This document shows positions 1 through 12,504 of a stretch of DNA of 64,000 nucleotides, in pieces. Every line of letters starts with the position of its first letter. Within the stretch, counting starts at the first letter, position 1. The notes beneath the pieces were generated by a model. The model did no database searches and was not told where the DNA came from. It saw only the letters and a program-made list of their open reading frames with translations. Position numbers and translations under genes: made by a program. Source of the DNA: Perna viridis (lineage: Eukaryota); NCBI GenBank assembly GCA_037379345.1, contig CM074521.1, positions 24,204,704 through 24,268,703 of the forward strand, written 5' to 3'.

Positions 1-1020
1 CGTATGATTTTATGGAATTCCAGTCTTACCTTCAGGCGAATAACCGAAGTTAAGTTTTTCAGCAAAAACCTGCTAAATAAATGTTGCATCAGTTTTGAAT
101 CGGCACAGTTATGAAATCAGAAAATGAAACAATGAATAAGTGTGCCGGCATCTTATAGCAATTAAAAAAGATTAAACAAACAACTCCATGAGTATTACAT
201 TACATAAATGCAGCATTTAGTGTTCAGCTCAAGTCAATATCAATGACATTTTTTTTCAAAGTTTTAATAATACATTAAATTTAGAGATAAACTATTGCTA
301 AATGCATCTTTTTTTATATCTAACACACAAACACATGTCAAACTTAGGAAGAAATGTTTATAACGTCTATATAACATTAACTACAAAACTGTAAACAACA
401 TATTTTAGAAAAAATCTACAGCTGTCAAAAAGAAGAATTGAATTCTAATATATATATGTGTGTGTGTATAATGCTGTATAAAGAAGCATAAGAATTTTTT
501 TTTCAGAAAAATAATAATTGCATTCTTTCAACTATTGACTAAAATTATCTATTTTTTTTATTTTAGCAGAACCTTAATTGGTTAACATATATCCAAAATC
601 TATCTTAGACATAACTAAATTTTCATGGAAGCTCATATTAACTAAAATGTATACTTTGCCCCGAATGTTTTTTTTTTTTCATAACCTGTTGTCTAAACAT
701 TCGTATCAAACTAAACATATTTATAACATAAGTAAGTGCATGTGTTCAACATTCAGAATAAATAAATATGAAATGTTTACACGTAATTAAGGATGGATTT
801 GCTTTTATTTGTAAAGTAATCGGGCGTAAGATAAGGCACAATGCTCTTGACTTAGATATTAATGTAAAGCATGAAAAGGGAAAATGAAGTTTTTCTTACC
901 AAAACTCGTCACTAATAATACTTACTTGATATCCTTATATATGTAATTGCACTTAAATAGTAGACATCGAGAAAAAAACCAGGATGTTTTGATTTTTTTT
1001 CTTTTTTGTTTGTTTTTCTT

Positions 1021-1071
1021 ACATGATAAAATATCTGATTTTCCTGATGAAAATCAGATATTTTATTATGT
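1021..1071. repeat. Near-perfect inverted repeat (23-bp arms, 5-nt loop)
   Basis: ACATgATAAAATATCTGATTTTC-ctgat-GAAAATCAGATATTTTATtATGT; one G-T position. Confidence 0.9.
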
Positions 1072-1770
1072 CAGATTGTTGTACCTTAAAATTACGAATT
1101 TAAACTAGATACAGCCCCGCCTCAGATGTAGTTTCTAAGATATATGATATTAAATTCTTGGAAAGCTTCAAAACTATTATTAATAAAATGTATGTTGTAT
1201 TTAATCTGTTAAGTGTACTGGAACTATAGTTATTCATCTAATAGAAAACCCATTCGTTGGTCCGACTTGTGTCAAATATGACTCTCAGTGAAAGTACCAG
1301 GAGCAACATTGTGCACTCATAGGTTCGATTCAATAATGCAAAAAAAAAAACGTTTAAAGTAAATTGAAGTAAAAACAAGATAGGACACAAAACAGGTTAT
1401 TACAAATTCTAGATACAGGACCAAAAAGGTGACGTAAGACAATAAATTACAAAAATAGCTACAACATATACACAGATAGCTTATTTATTTTAATTTCGGG
1501 TTAACAATTCTACATGAAGATTTATTAGTTTATTGTTACGTATATTATTGAATTTATCTCTGTCGTTTCTTTGTACAATATCAACACATGAGGCAAAGTT
1601 GTAAATTTGTTACTTGTGTTTGTCATACCAGTTAAAGCAAAAAAAAAGATTGATACTGATCACTCAATACATTTATAAAACATTTTTTGTCCTGTTGTTT
1701 AAAATTTAAATAATACTAAGAATGTGCGTAGTTGGTGAAGAGGGAATTTTCACACAAGCCATTTTATGAT

Positions 1771-3437
1771 TCATCTAATCTTGTGAAACATGGAATCCAA
1801 CAGTAACGATACAGCAACTACAGACAGACTGCTTTTCTGGAGGGATGATGAGTCACAATCTGTATCAGGTAGTGGTGTTTGATCTGTGGAAGATAAAAGT
1901 AGAAGAATTTCTTTAGCAAAACCGACAAAACATGACAAAAATTCTCCAGTTGAACAAACAGCTAATATTAAATGAAACGATTTATATCATTATTCATTAT
2001 TAAAATGCAGCCTGAGTTTACATTTTGTTACATCATTATATCATATTTTGACTCAGCTTTTACATCTACACTAAGCAATAATGTGAGTTTTTTTGTAAAA
2101 ACAGATGATTGCACATAATTATTGTTAAATAATTTCAATAAAAGAATATATGGTGAAAAAACACTAACATATTATTAATCCCGAGACATTAAATCGATAA
2201 GTGCATAAAAATAAATGGCTTGATAATATTCTCAGGAAAAAGTCTTGATTAAAATTATAAAATTTAATAGATAATCATCAAATTTATTTAATACAATATT
2301 GCTATACATATAATTGCGATATTTTACGGGAAAGTATTCACCTGATTATTTTTTTTTCAGTCTAGACTCGATATTTGTAAACAAAAACAAAATGTAACGT
2401 ACATATATCGCGACGTTTTCGTCTCTCATTTGTTTTAATTGTATTATCGGTGCTACTCTATGCGTTTACAGCTGTGGTAGTACCGATTACTTCCTCTGTG
2501 GTTACAGCTGTGGCAGTATAAATTACTTCCTCTGTGGTTAAAGATCTGGGAAGATGACCCGTTGCTGCTTTATTGTTGGCTTGTTCTCCATTGGTGTGAT
2601 TCTGTGTCATACTACTCTTGGTTGCCGTGTGTGTACTACCTCCAGAAGGCTTTGTTGTAAGATATATCGCACGTTCATTTGTTTCTCGACTTGCAGTATT
2701 ATGTCGAAGATTTAAAAGAAAAAACGGCTTTAAGAACGAAGCCGATGTAAAAAAGACCAATTGTGTAAAAAAGGTTTATAATAGCTTAAGATAATGCCTT
2801 ACCGACACCTTATTATGAAAAAACAAAAACAAAAAAACAAAAAACAATCATATTTATAATGCAGATTTCGATATTCTGTACATGGGTTTCATGGAGTAAT
2901 AAACAGCATTAGAACCAAATATATAGGAAAATACAAATCAAAAAGAGCTGATTGAAATACAATTTAATTTAACCTAACATAAACCGCTTTCAGTTATTGT
3001 TAATTTGTCCATTAATTTATGTATGCTTCATTATGCTTCGATGAGACCACTTTCTATTTTGTGTAAGGCGTACAGCTAAAATTGGGCAGAGCTTGAAACC
3101 ATTTTTTTTTTTTTTAAATAGTACCCGCGTTTCGCATGTTGATTATGATATTAATTTCTCAATAGAACGATATCATTTTTTTTTAAAATAAGTATTCATT
3201 TTCGACACGTGAACTGCTTTAATGAATTCAAAATAAATAAATGGTTAAATATTAAATGTGTTTCTTGTGGTACGTAGTGGATGTTAGGAAAGCCAAGTTA
3301 ATGAATTGTCATCTATACAAACTTTAAACAACTGAAATAAGACACCATATGTAAGACAGCGGACACAACAAAGCCTTACCTTTTCTGTAACATTTTGCTG
3401 CTCCTATTCCGATAATGACGAGGAGCAAATACACTTT
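1771..3437 (-). pseudogene. Small secreted or GPI-anchor-like Thr-rich protein gene, apparently disrupted (exons 3437-3380, 2711-2403, 1883-1771; start codon not identified)
   Basis: Exon A KVYLLLVIIGIGAAKCYRK (ttcag/gtaagg, ends phase 1). Exon B is Thr-rich with an in-frame TAG at 2458-2460; the frame continues SSTDNTIKTNERRKRRDI to a phase-1 gtacgt donor. Exon C (ccacag acceptor) reads QTPLPDTDCDSSSLQKSSLSVVAVSLLLDSMFHKIR*. The exon B acceptor reads tttttcttttAA instead of AG. Confidence 0.62.
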
Positions 3438-4610
3438 CTGAAAAATATTGATAAAAGTTAACATTGAAATAAGAAAATTAATTTCTATATCTTTTGGTTT
3501 GTTTTGCCTTGCATTTTCATCATAATTAAGTTCTTAAAAATAACTATCCCAAGACGGAAAACATTTCGAAATTACTTTTAAAAGATTACACCCTTTCAAT
3601 TGTGTTACCTCTATTTGTTTTGCAAGTTTTTGTAAATACAAATATAAAAGAAGTGCAAATTATATTTTGACTGGCATCTGTCATATGAAGATTTTCATAG
3701 ATCTTTGAGAAACAATGTACCACACTAACTTGCTGTTTAGTGCCATGACAAGTCACTGTTTGCGTTATCATCAAACATAACGTGGAAATGATGCTGATAT
3801 AAAACCAGGTTATTTAAAATGATTATTCTCTTTGCTGTTCAATTAATATTACACCATGATTATACATGTACATTATCAACGCTGAATGATTAGTGTTACT
3901 TGTGAAACTTTGACAATGAGATGTGTTTTCTGTTCACACAAGTTTGTTCTCTGTGATATTTTGCAATTCACGCATTACACCAAAAAAAATATTTTAGGGG
4001 CATAAAAAATAACCAAAAGATACCTACTCCTTTCTGAAATCTATTTTCACAGATCGGAGTTATACGTGCATCATAGCAGAATCTGTAGTGCAGCTTTGTA
4101 TAATTTAACGTGAATCCGATTTATGAGAAAAGGTTTAGCGGCTATTATTTATAAGCTTGTTTTAGACATAATTAAGCTAAATAAATAGTCTTTTCGAACA
4201 TCTTTGATTATCTGTGTCTTTATCTTTTATTTGGATAAACTTATAAATTCATATAGGTTAAATCAGGGATTTCGGTGTGACAGAAGTATACGTTTGATGC
4301 TGGTGATCATTGTGTTTGACAAAGCATCAACACTGAACTTAATGTTACTTGATTAAAGTCATTTATAACTAAAATTTTCCACGTGAATCATCTACTTCAT
4401 CGTAGCAAATCCAAGTCTAGAGCATGGGACAAATGGCATCCCAACAAGTAAGAAAATAAGAAAACACCGTTCACCTTTTGGTAAAGTCAATCATAAGAAT
4501 GGAGCAAATACTATCTATTAAAATGTATTACAATGTCATACTTCCAAACTACTTACTACTCGTTCTTCTTTATAAAATAGAACGTCTGTGAAGTGGATCA
4601 ATAATTTTGT

Positions 4611-4613
<3 letters not shown>

Positions 4614-4660
<47 letters not shown>

Positions 4661-4812
4661 TCTGAAAAATTCCCAAAGATGTCAGAACTGTCAAATTTGC
4701 GATGCAAATTTTTGGTCGTTCCCTCCGCGGGACTCGAACTTGAACTGCTGTAACATCTATTGTAACGCCGCCTACACAAAGTCCAACGCCCTAGAACACT
4801 CGGCCAGCTAGG
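4614..4812 (-). mobile_element. tRNA-related SINE-like repeat ending in (TA)n
   Basis: Minus strand has an A-box-like TGGCCGAGTGT (4806-4796) and a B-box GTTCGAGTCC (4739-4730), followed by a (TA)n run at ~4614-4658; no clean cloverleaf; may extend further 5'. Confidence 0.7.
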
Positions 4813-5384
4813 TTATATAAAAAATATAGCTTTCGCTGGCCGGGTCATTCCTCCTCGTAGAATAAATCTAGGGTTGTAACTCAGTACATGATGTATGGTA
4901 GTACGGGACAGCTCATCTAGGTGTTGTTATGTAGGATAGAGGATCGAATTAACTATGCATGTCATCACAAATCAATATAATACATACGTCAGAGAATGTG
5001 ACCACTCTATTCACTTTACTGTTCCATACAAATGTTACAGATTAGAACACATGTTCCGAAGTAAAATAATATAAAAAAAGAAATATATGCAGCTTCACAA
5101 AACACATATTCTCTTTAGATAAAAGGTTTTTCTTGCTTTTTTACAATACAATAATAAAGATTTTTCTTTATCAGTAATGCCACACATCAAATATAATAAA
5201 TAGCCTTGCGGAGCGGTGCATTACTATGCAAATGTGAACATGATATTAGCTATTCACACTTGAACATAATTGGAAATCCAATTTTAGGTGAACGAAGTTC
5301 TGCCTTCAATACTTGTTTTGAAATATAAAAAAAAATTAAGAGATATTATACCTTGTGCTACCTTTAGGGATCGTACCAAAATGT

Positions 5385-5900
5385 AATTTTATTATCAAAC
5401 TATACGAATATGCGATAATTTTCATTCATCGTCAACTTGTATTTGCGCCAACATTCCTCCAGCACCTGCGCATGGAACTCGTACGTTTTGCAAGAGCTTA
5501 CCGAAACTACGCAGATTTTTTGAACCGTACTAGACTACTAACTGTTAGGATTCTGGAACAAGGTAGAGTCATCACTACAAAATGCTTGTGGTCGTCGTCA
5601 TAGACTCCTTGATAGTTACGATGTATACATCCGTACCATGAAAATCGAATTGTTCCACGTGCCCTAGTTTTCCTTTCCTCTTCCGTCTACATCGGACGGT
5701 ACATTTAATAGCCATCTACAAAAGCAAAGGACGCTAAATATGTAGTGCAACATGCTCTTCTGCTTTTGTTTCTTTGTACATGTTATCTCGTTTTGTTTTT
5801 GTCCATTGTTATTTTTGTGTTTGGTTTTCCTGTCTGCTCTTTGTCCTTGGAATATGACCTTTTGATTGCGGCTCGAATCATGGTTCCTTTGTTTGATCTT
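5385..5900 (+). mobile_element. Second, more decayed copy of the Penelope-like remnant
   Basis: LVRFARAYRNYADFLNRTRLLTVRILEQG aligns with 15609-15900 and is followed by the same 3' block. Confidence 0.68.
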
Positions 5901-7442
5901 TAAGACACAACTTCAAAAGGAACTCGGCGATATCAGAATCGGATTAACTAAACTATTTCTTTCAATTGTAATGACAACATACATAATCACTTTCAGCCTC
6001 GCATTTTTAAGAGGGGGGGGGCAACCAGTTATCGCAAAAACCTCCAAAACCTAAAGGACCCTCTGCTGCTTTGTTCTTAGGAACATTTTGTATTTGTTTT
6101 TAAATTCGATAAATTTACTCAACTTATCATGAACGAGCATTAAAAGGAGCCATCGACGACAGGGGGGTGTCATTATACGTTTGTATCATTTGTTTGTGAT
6201 CATATGCAAATGAATGGTTACCATCGAAAAATTAAAAAGATGCACTAATAGATATAACAATTTATAACATTTTAGATTCAGATAAAAACATACAATATAT
6301 ATATATATATATACAATGACAGGTAAACGAAAATGTTTTGTGTTTTTTTTTCCAGTCCTTTATTCAAATTAGACCCCTGTTAGGTCCTTAATTTTTTAAT
6401 GAAGTACAGCCAGAACCTCTCAGTTCAATCCAAGTATTCATTTGTGACATGAATGTCATAGTTATCCGTATGCTTTTACTAAATTAATGTCTGAACACTG
6501 TTGAAATGCTTGATTTCGGTCCTTGTTTGTCCTTATTTCCTAAGTAAAACGTAAAACGGTATCACAACCTCCAAAAATCGTTCTCATATTTATGATGTAT
6601 GGTTCCTTGTTGTACAGTTAAATATAGTTCCATACACACGTGTTTTGTTGTAATATGAAACCAAATAAAGGGGAATTAAGCATTTGAAAGGATGCAATTT
6701 GAATCAAATATTTTCATTCGTTTCAATATTTGATGTCGGCTCGTGTGGTCTGTTATAATATGTGTCACAGTAGAGTCAGCAAATATTTTGTTAAAAACGT
6801 TTATTCACAGATCAGATCTCTTCATGTCACGTCATGTAAGTATTTGTCAAAATTTCTCTGCATGTCCTAGGATTTTATAGAATTAATTTTATCTTTGATT
6901 GAACATGTTGACCTATGTTGACCTATCTGGATTAAGTTAAATCTCGAATATTTAACCAGATGTACTCATTGTGTGCAAATTCTGGTGATTAGGAATGTCA
7001 CATTTAAGTAATACATGAATGACAGTGTATCTACTTACTACAAATAAAAAAAAGCATTCCGTCTTACTTAACAGATTACAGTCGTAGTCCTTTTCTTTAT
7101 ACGCATCCATTGGATTGAGAACAGGTCCATGCAAAATCATGTAGTTCTTCAAATAGCAATGATATACCGAAGTTAACACGGGAACATTTGATTGTGCAAG
7201 GTTTTTTTCCACATGCACGTGTAAGAAACAATCCCAACACACTTAAAGATGCAGATCCATTATGTTAAAGAAAGATGCTATCGTTGGAAGGTTCGCTTAA
7301 ATTCACTAAAACGTTTTCATTTTTTATCATTTATTTTCTATGTAACCAATCACAAATTTCACTATCCTATTTAAGCACCAAATAATGTTTTATGAGTGTT
7401 CGGATAACACGTTGACTGAAAACTCTGCTTAAACTATCGAAT

Positions 7443-7692
7443 GTATTAGCACCAGCCTGGTTTTTCATATAATCATGCACTAAAATACAATCCAGTCCAG
7501 AAAATAACCACGAACAAAGTCTTTGAGTTTTAATGGTTTCCTATCTAATGCAACTGTGAGTTTCGGTATTAGCACCAGCCTGGTTTTTCATATAATCATG
7601 CACTAAAATACAATCCAGTCCAGAAAATAACCACGAACAAAGTCTTTGAGTTTTAATGGTTTCCTATCTAATGCAACTGTGAGTTTCGGTAT
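7443..7692 (+). repeat. Perfect tandem duplication of 123 bp (2 copies plus 4-bp GTAT overlap)
   Basis: 7443-7565 is identical to 7566-7688 by eye. Confidence 0.95.
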
Positions 7693-9510
7693 ATCATCAA
7701 TGACAGAATTTGGGTAAAAAAAAGTCAGAACACAAGACTGGTGAATACCATAAGTGAGTAGTATCTTCATTTCTCAATTCTATCACCAACAATCTGTGTA
7801 CAACATTTGTTAACATGAATGTTTTGTTCAAACCGTCATGAATGCAATGCTTGAATAAATTAAATGTTCTTATTTTATTTCTGTGACAGGGAATGAAAAT
7901 GGCCATTAGTGTTTTAATTTATAATGTAATATTCAAGTATTATAAATTTTATCTTATTCTTCATTGATGATACTTGTTGTCACATATAGGCTGAAGTGAA
8001 ATCGACTCGACACATTATCTTTAATTTATTATACATTAGATACAACGACGTGTTTTAATGATTTTTTCACGACCTATGTTAAGATACTACTTGACGTAAT
8101 TTAGTTCATTGGTAACTAATTAAATAATTGGAGTGAGATATTGTCATATTTTATTATCATTCCTAGTGATGCACGGTGTTCTGGTAATGAGTAGTACTCT
8201 CTCTGCTACAGAAAGCTGAAGCATTCGGGTTATATTCTGATACATGTAGCAGTCGATTGCTTAGTAAACTGACCTTTGCAGAAATACATAGTAGAGGAAA
8301 CTTGTAATGCCTGTCTTCAATAATTTATTTAATGACAAACACCATTTTTAAATCATACATTTATCAATCGATCAATCCAGTCATAAATCGTACAAAACAA
8401 TAAAACAAAGTGTGAGAAAAGTCGACTACACATGTTACTACCATTGTTTGTGAGACTTGATACCGCGATTTGCAATATATTGTCTTTTTGTTGACATTTT
8501 GCTTTCTTTTACATTTGAGTGAAAAACAATAACGTGATACCATAATGCTGAGTAGAAAAGCCATAATCAAGCATACGTAATATCATACGAACATTATACA
8601 TGCCCCTTTAAATCACAGCATATGGTGTGCATACATCGCAATGTAAAAACATAATCTACGTCGACGAAATATAAACATCTTAATCACAAATTCAGAAGAT
8701 TCAATCAAAATGCATGTACACTTAGCACAGAAGTTAACAGAAGAGTATTTTGCGTCAAGAACGATACTACCAATCGCTATAACTGTTAAGTACCTGTAGG
8801 AACACAAACTTCGGTGTTTAGTGTTCAGCATTATAGTTTTACAGCAAAACTAAAATTTACTAGATGTCTCCTTATGTTTCAAAAGAAATGCAAACACAAC
8901 GCTTCAAAATCATCCACACTGCTTAATTTTGATCAAAATGTAAATTACTAAAGAAAGTAAATGCCCACTGCAACATGACAAATATAATTTTAAATAATAA
9001 CACATCTTGTTTTGCCTTTTTAAACAAATAACGAAAACTATAAACAACATTAACTTTTCGCTTTCAATTGAGCTAAACCGAAAATTTAACGAGTATCAAA
9101 AATTGAATTCAGTGATAAAAAAAACATTAATGTGTATTTTGCCACACCCCAATAGCGTACGTTTCAATCCACTGCACCTCTGGAGGATACGTCATAAATT
9201 CAAAACCATACGTGTGAAAAAAATAATTTCTGAACTCAGATGCACTGATATGCATTTCGTTCGTATGTAAGACAAGACTTGCTAATTTCAGTTAGCAAAA
9301 GATTGGTCTGTAATAGAACAATGGTTCAAATATCCATTCTTAAAGCATTGCTATTGATGACAATGGAGTGATACAATATGGTTATTGAATGAGTATTCTT
9401 TACATAAACACAGCGTTTCTGCGACAGTAAGATAGCACATAAAATAGATTCGTTCTGAACACAAATATAATACAAATTTTACTCCATACTTTTTAACGAA
9501 TATAATCGTT

Positions 9511-12504
9511 CTAAACGTCCGTTATCTTTTTAGTCAATTTTGCTAGAGGCATTTCCAAACTGAACGAGTCGCTAACAGTGACGTTGTCAATATTAATGTC
9601 ATCAAAGTAGTCAATTTCAGAGTCGCTCACTGGATCTGGGACGAACAAGATATCTTCGTCACTTGCCATTCCCGGTCTGTAATTGTCGTATTCAGATTCA
9701 TATGCCGCTGATCCAGAGTCTATATGCATATTCGGATCACTTCTAGACATTTCGCTACTACTTGCAATAGACGATATACTAAGACTGTCAATTCCTAAAG
9801 CATTTCTACCAGCTAAATATTGCTCAATTTTCTTCGAAAACATTGGCAGTACTTCTGCGTACGCCTGACTCATTTTTGGACTTCCACAAGCAGAAGAGGT
9901 GGCAGAAGACAACGCATCTTCCCTATCACTAGGAATATAATCCAAACTTCTGCAATGACGTGGCGGCATCGTGTAATTTGCTCGTCGCTTGACTTGAAAC
10001 GGGTTCGGTATTGGAGGAGATTTGCCCAACTCACTTTCTTCACTTTGTTCTACAGTTTGCAGATCTTTCTGAGGCTGGGGTACTGGTTTCCGTTTAGCTA
10101 CTGCCTGATTCCGAGCTGCAATTCTTTGCTTTACATTGTCATAACACATTGGAGGTTTTCCACGGGGAACACTATTTCTAACATGTCGATCTTTATATTG
10201 TCTTCTTTCATGTTTTAATTTTGGAGAAAGCTCGGGATGTTGTTGATTCAAATAAGATTCTAGTTTAGCATTTGGATGCTCACTTGCAAGCTCTTTTAAT
10301 AGTTCTGTCAAAGATGAAGAGGTTGCGTTATTTAAAACAGGAAATTTCGGAGTTGATGGACATTTCGGTATTCCATATAAAACATCACTAGATCTTGATA
10401 CATTACGATTGAGATTAGAATACGCCAGATCAGCACTGGCAAGAAATGCTTTTGTATACATCTCATTGTTCTCATCTGGACTAGATAGCTGTTTAACTAA
10501 TGCTGGTCTAGCAAGCTTCAACTCTATCGGTTGTAGAAGCAAAACAGAAGACTGATCGCTGACACTTAAAGGTTTAGAACTAGTAGATTCTTTGTCATCA
10601 TCAGAATGTGGAAGAGCGGAAAGAACATCCTTTCTATATTTTTTCGGCGACGGTAAATTAGTCTGCTTTAATCTTGGACTTGAATTACTTCTACGTACCT
10701 CACTATATGGTTTAACTTCAACAGTGCGTTCTTTTGTGCTGTCGGATGGTACACGACGAAGTGGAAGTGGTGGAGGTTGATCCTGATCCATAGAATTTGT
10801 AGTTGGCATTATACACATCGATCTCCCGTCAATGCTTGCGACTAATGCCGACGTCGGTGTTAGAGTAGATCTTGATGAGCTGCTCCCTCTCGAACTCTCC
10901 GAAACTCGACGTTCGCCGGGTGGCGGCTTTGTGGGAGAGGACGGATTTGATACCCTATCTAGGAGTTGTTTGCTTAGATGTTGATTTGCACTATTTGAAG
11001 GTGACATATGTGGACTGGTCAATGGTGATGGTGTATTAGCGACATTTGCCGTAATTGGCTCTCTATATGTTGCGGTGACAAATATTTCGTCATTTCCTGA
11101 AAGGGGTCGATCTTGCTTTTTGCGGTGCGGTAAATGGGGACGATTTGGATCGTCTGGACGAACCACTTTTCCAAGTTCTTTAAGTATATCTTTCATTTTC
11201 AACTTGCATTCCGGTGGAATTTCTGGAACTTCGGTTTGATTTCCTGAATCTACAGACTGACTAACTTTCATCTTTGAAACATCTCCCTGAGGCCTTTGGT
11301 AAGGCGCAGCCTTGATTTTATTATGCAACGGCGGTGCAGCTCCTGTCATAACCAATGGGGTTGGTCGAATTATTGGTACCGTAGGATTTACGACTTGACA
11401 CGGTTTTGTCATAGGTGGACAACTTACAAAAGGTTTTGCTTGTTCCAAGTTAGCTTTACGTATTGGTTGAATTTGTGCATATTGTGGAGTATTTTGTGAA
11501 CATCTTCCTCTTGACATACTGCTGATGCGATCATTGTCTTGCAACACTGTTCGTTCAGATGGAGGAGGTCTACTCGGACGAGGAGGACTAGTCAGTCCAA
11601 CTCTCTGGGGTATTCTAGATTGTTTTGATTGTCGTGGTCTTGACATTTGAAGTTGTTCTATTTTTGCAACCTCCATATCAGTTTCAACGTATCGAGGCTG
11701 TTGCGGACTAATCTGACCAGTCGGAGACTCATCTCTAGCGTTGTCCTGGTGGTTTGATAGAGTATCCTGATTGCTATCAGATTTTTGCAGGTTGTGAAAC
11801 ATGGAATTTTGTACTGGGGGACTAGTTGGTGACTTAATATTCATAAAATGAACTGCAGGTAACTCGGGCGAGTTGGTCCTTGTGTACGTTGATTCTGCCT
11901 CAGATATGTGACCAGATATACAATGCGATAAAGCATTTGCACTAGTTTTTCGAGTAATAACCCTTGGGCTATCCGTGCTGTTTCTACGTTTACGATTAAG
12001 ACTTCCGGGTGGAGTTGGCAGTCCCTTTGTACTATCAATTGTTGATTGTCTATCACCGACAATCGCAGCATAGCATGGCGGCAGTCTTGAATTAGACCTA
12101 AACGAGTCATTTCTCTTAATGTCTAGACTAGCACTTCCCTGTGAAGATAACGACACTGCACTTGGATTCCTCACAACCGCCATCCTTTCTCTACTTCTAT
12201 TAGTACCAGTTTTTCCTCCTTGTTGGGAGGTACTTTGAAAAGATTCAGCGGAAGGTGGGCGTGGTTGACCTGGAAGCTCTGGTAAAGGGCGGTTATAAAC
12301 TGATGAACCACTTGGTGAGCCAGGTGAACTAGGAAGAGTGAAAGAACTGTTGAATGATCCAAGTGAAGGACTTTGTATTGCACTTGGATCCTTTCTTCCT
12401 ATTAGAAAATAAGTGATCATTTCTCCTTTTCCTTTCACCGTTATTTTGCCACGACATTGAAAGATGTATTTCATTCTTAAAAGGTTGTATACTTCCTCAG
12501 TTAC
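9511..12504 (-). CDS. ADCY1: AC terminal exon: end of C2a (VTEEVYNLL...[18 protein letters not shown]) plus ~970-aa Ser/Pro-rich C2b tail ending KKITDV*
   Basis: tctag acceptor at 12505-12506; 2994-nt open frame to TAG at 9511-9513; the ORF-track Met at 12474 is internal. Confidence 0.96.
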   Translation of the reverse strand, partial: VTEEVYNLLRMKYIFQCRGKITVKGKGEMITYFLIGRKDPSAIQSPSLGSFNSSFTLPSSPGSPSGSSVYNRPLPELPGQPRPPSAESFQSTSQQGGKTGTNRSRERMAVVRNPSAVSLSSQGSASLDIKRNDSFRSNSRLPPCYAAIVGDRQSTIDSTKGLPTPPGSLNRKRRNSTDSPRVITRKTSANALSHCISGHISEAESTYTRTNSPELPAVHFMNIKSPTSPPVQNSMFHNLQKSDSNQDTLSNHQDNARDESPTGQISPQQPRYVETDMEVAKIEQLQMSRPRQSKQSRIPQRVGLTSPPRPSRPPPSERTVLQDNDRISSMSRGRCSQNTPQYAQIQPIRKANLEQAKPFVSCPPMTKPCQVVNPTVPIIRPTPLVMTGAAPPLHNKIKAAPYQRPQGDVSKMKVSQSVDSGNQTEVPEIPPECKLKMKDILKELGKVVRPDDPNRPHLPHRKKQDRPLSGNDEIFVTATYREPITANVANTPSPLTSPHMSPSNSANQHLSKQLLDRVSNPSSPTKPPPGERRVSESSRGSSSSRSTLTPTSALVASIDGRSMCIMPTTNSMDQDQPPPLPLRRVPSDSTKERTVEVKPYSEVRRSNSSPRLKQTNLPSPKKYRKDVLSALPHSDDDKESTSSKPLSVSDQSSVLLLQPIELKLARPALVKQLSSPDENNEMYTKAFLASADLAYSNLNRNVSRSSDVLYGIPKCPSTPKFPVLNNATSSSLTELLKELASEHPNAKLESYLNQQHPELSPKLKHERRQYKDRHVRNSVPRGKPPMCYDNVKQRIAARNQAVAKRKPVPQPQKDLQTVEQSEESELGKSPPIPNPFQVKRRANYTMPPRHCRSLDYIPSDREDALSSATSSACGSPKMSQAYAEVLPMFSKKIEQYLAGRNALGIDSLSISSIASSSEMSRSDPNMHIDSGSAAYESEYDNYRPGMASDEDILFVPDPVSDSEIDYFDDINIDNVTVSDSFSLEMPLAKLTKKITDV

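Noticed and set aside
4380-4570. First (ATG) exon of the small downstream gene
   Set aside because: Several donor-like sites are present, but none gave an unambiguous in-phase ATG exon.
4700-4812. Functional tRNA gene
   Set aside because: A and B boxes are present, but there is no convincing acceptor or anticodon stem, and it runs into a (TA)n tail; SINE-like.
9683-12383. Overlapping and antisense ORFs within the large AC exon
   Set aside because: Short shadow frames of a long coding exon with no recognisable motifs.
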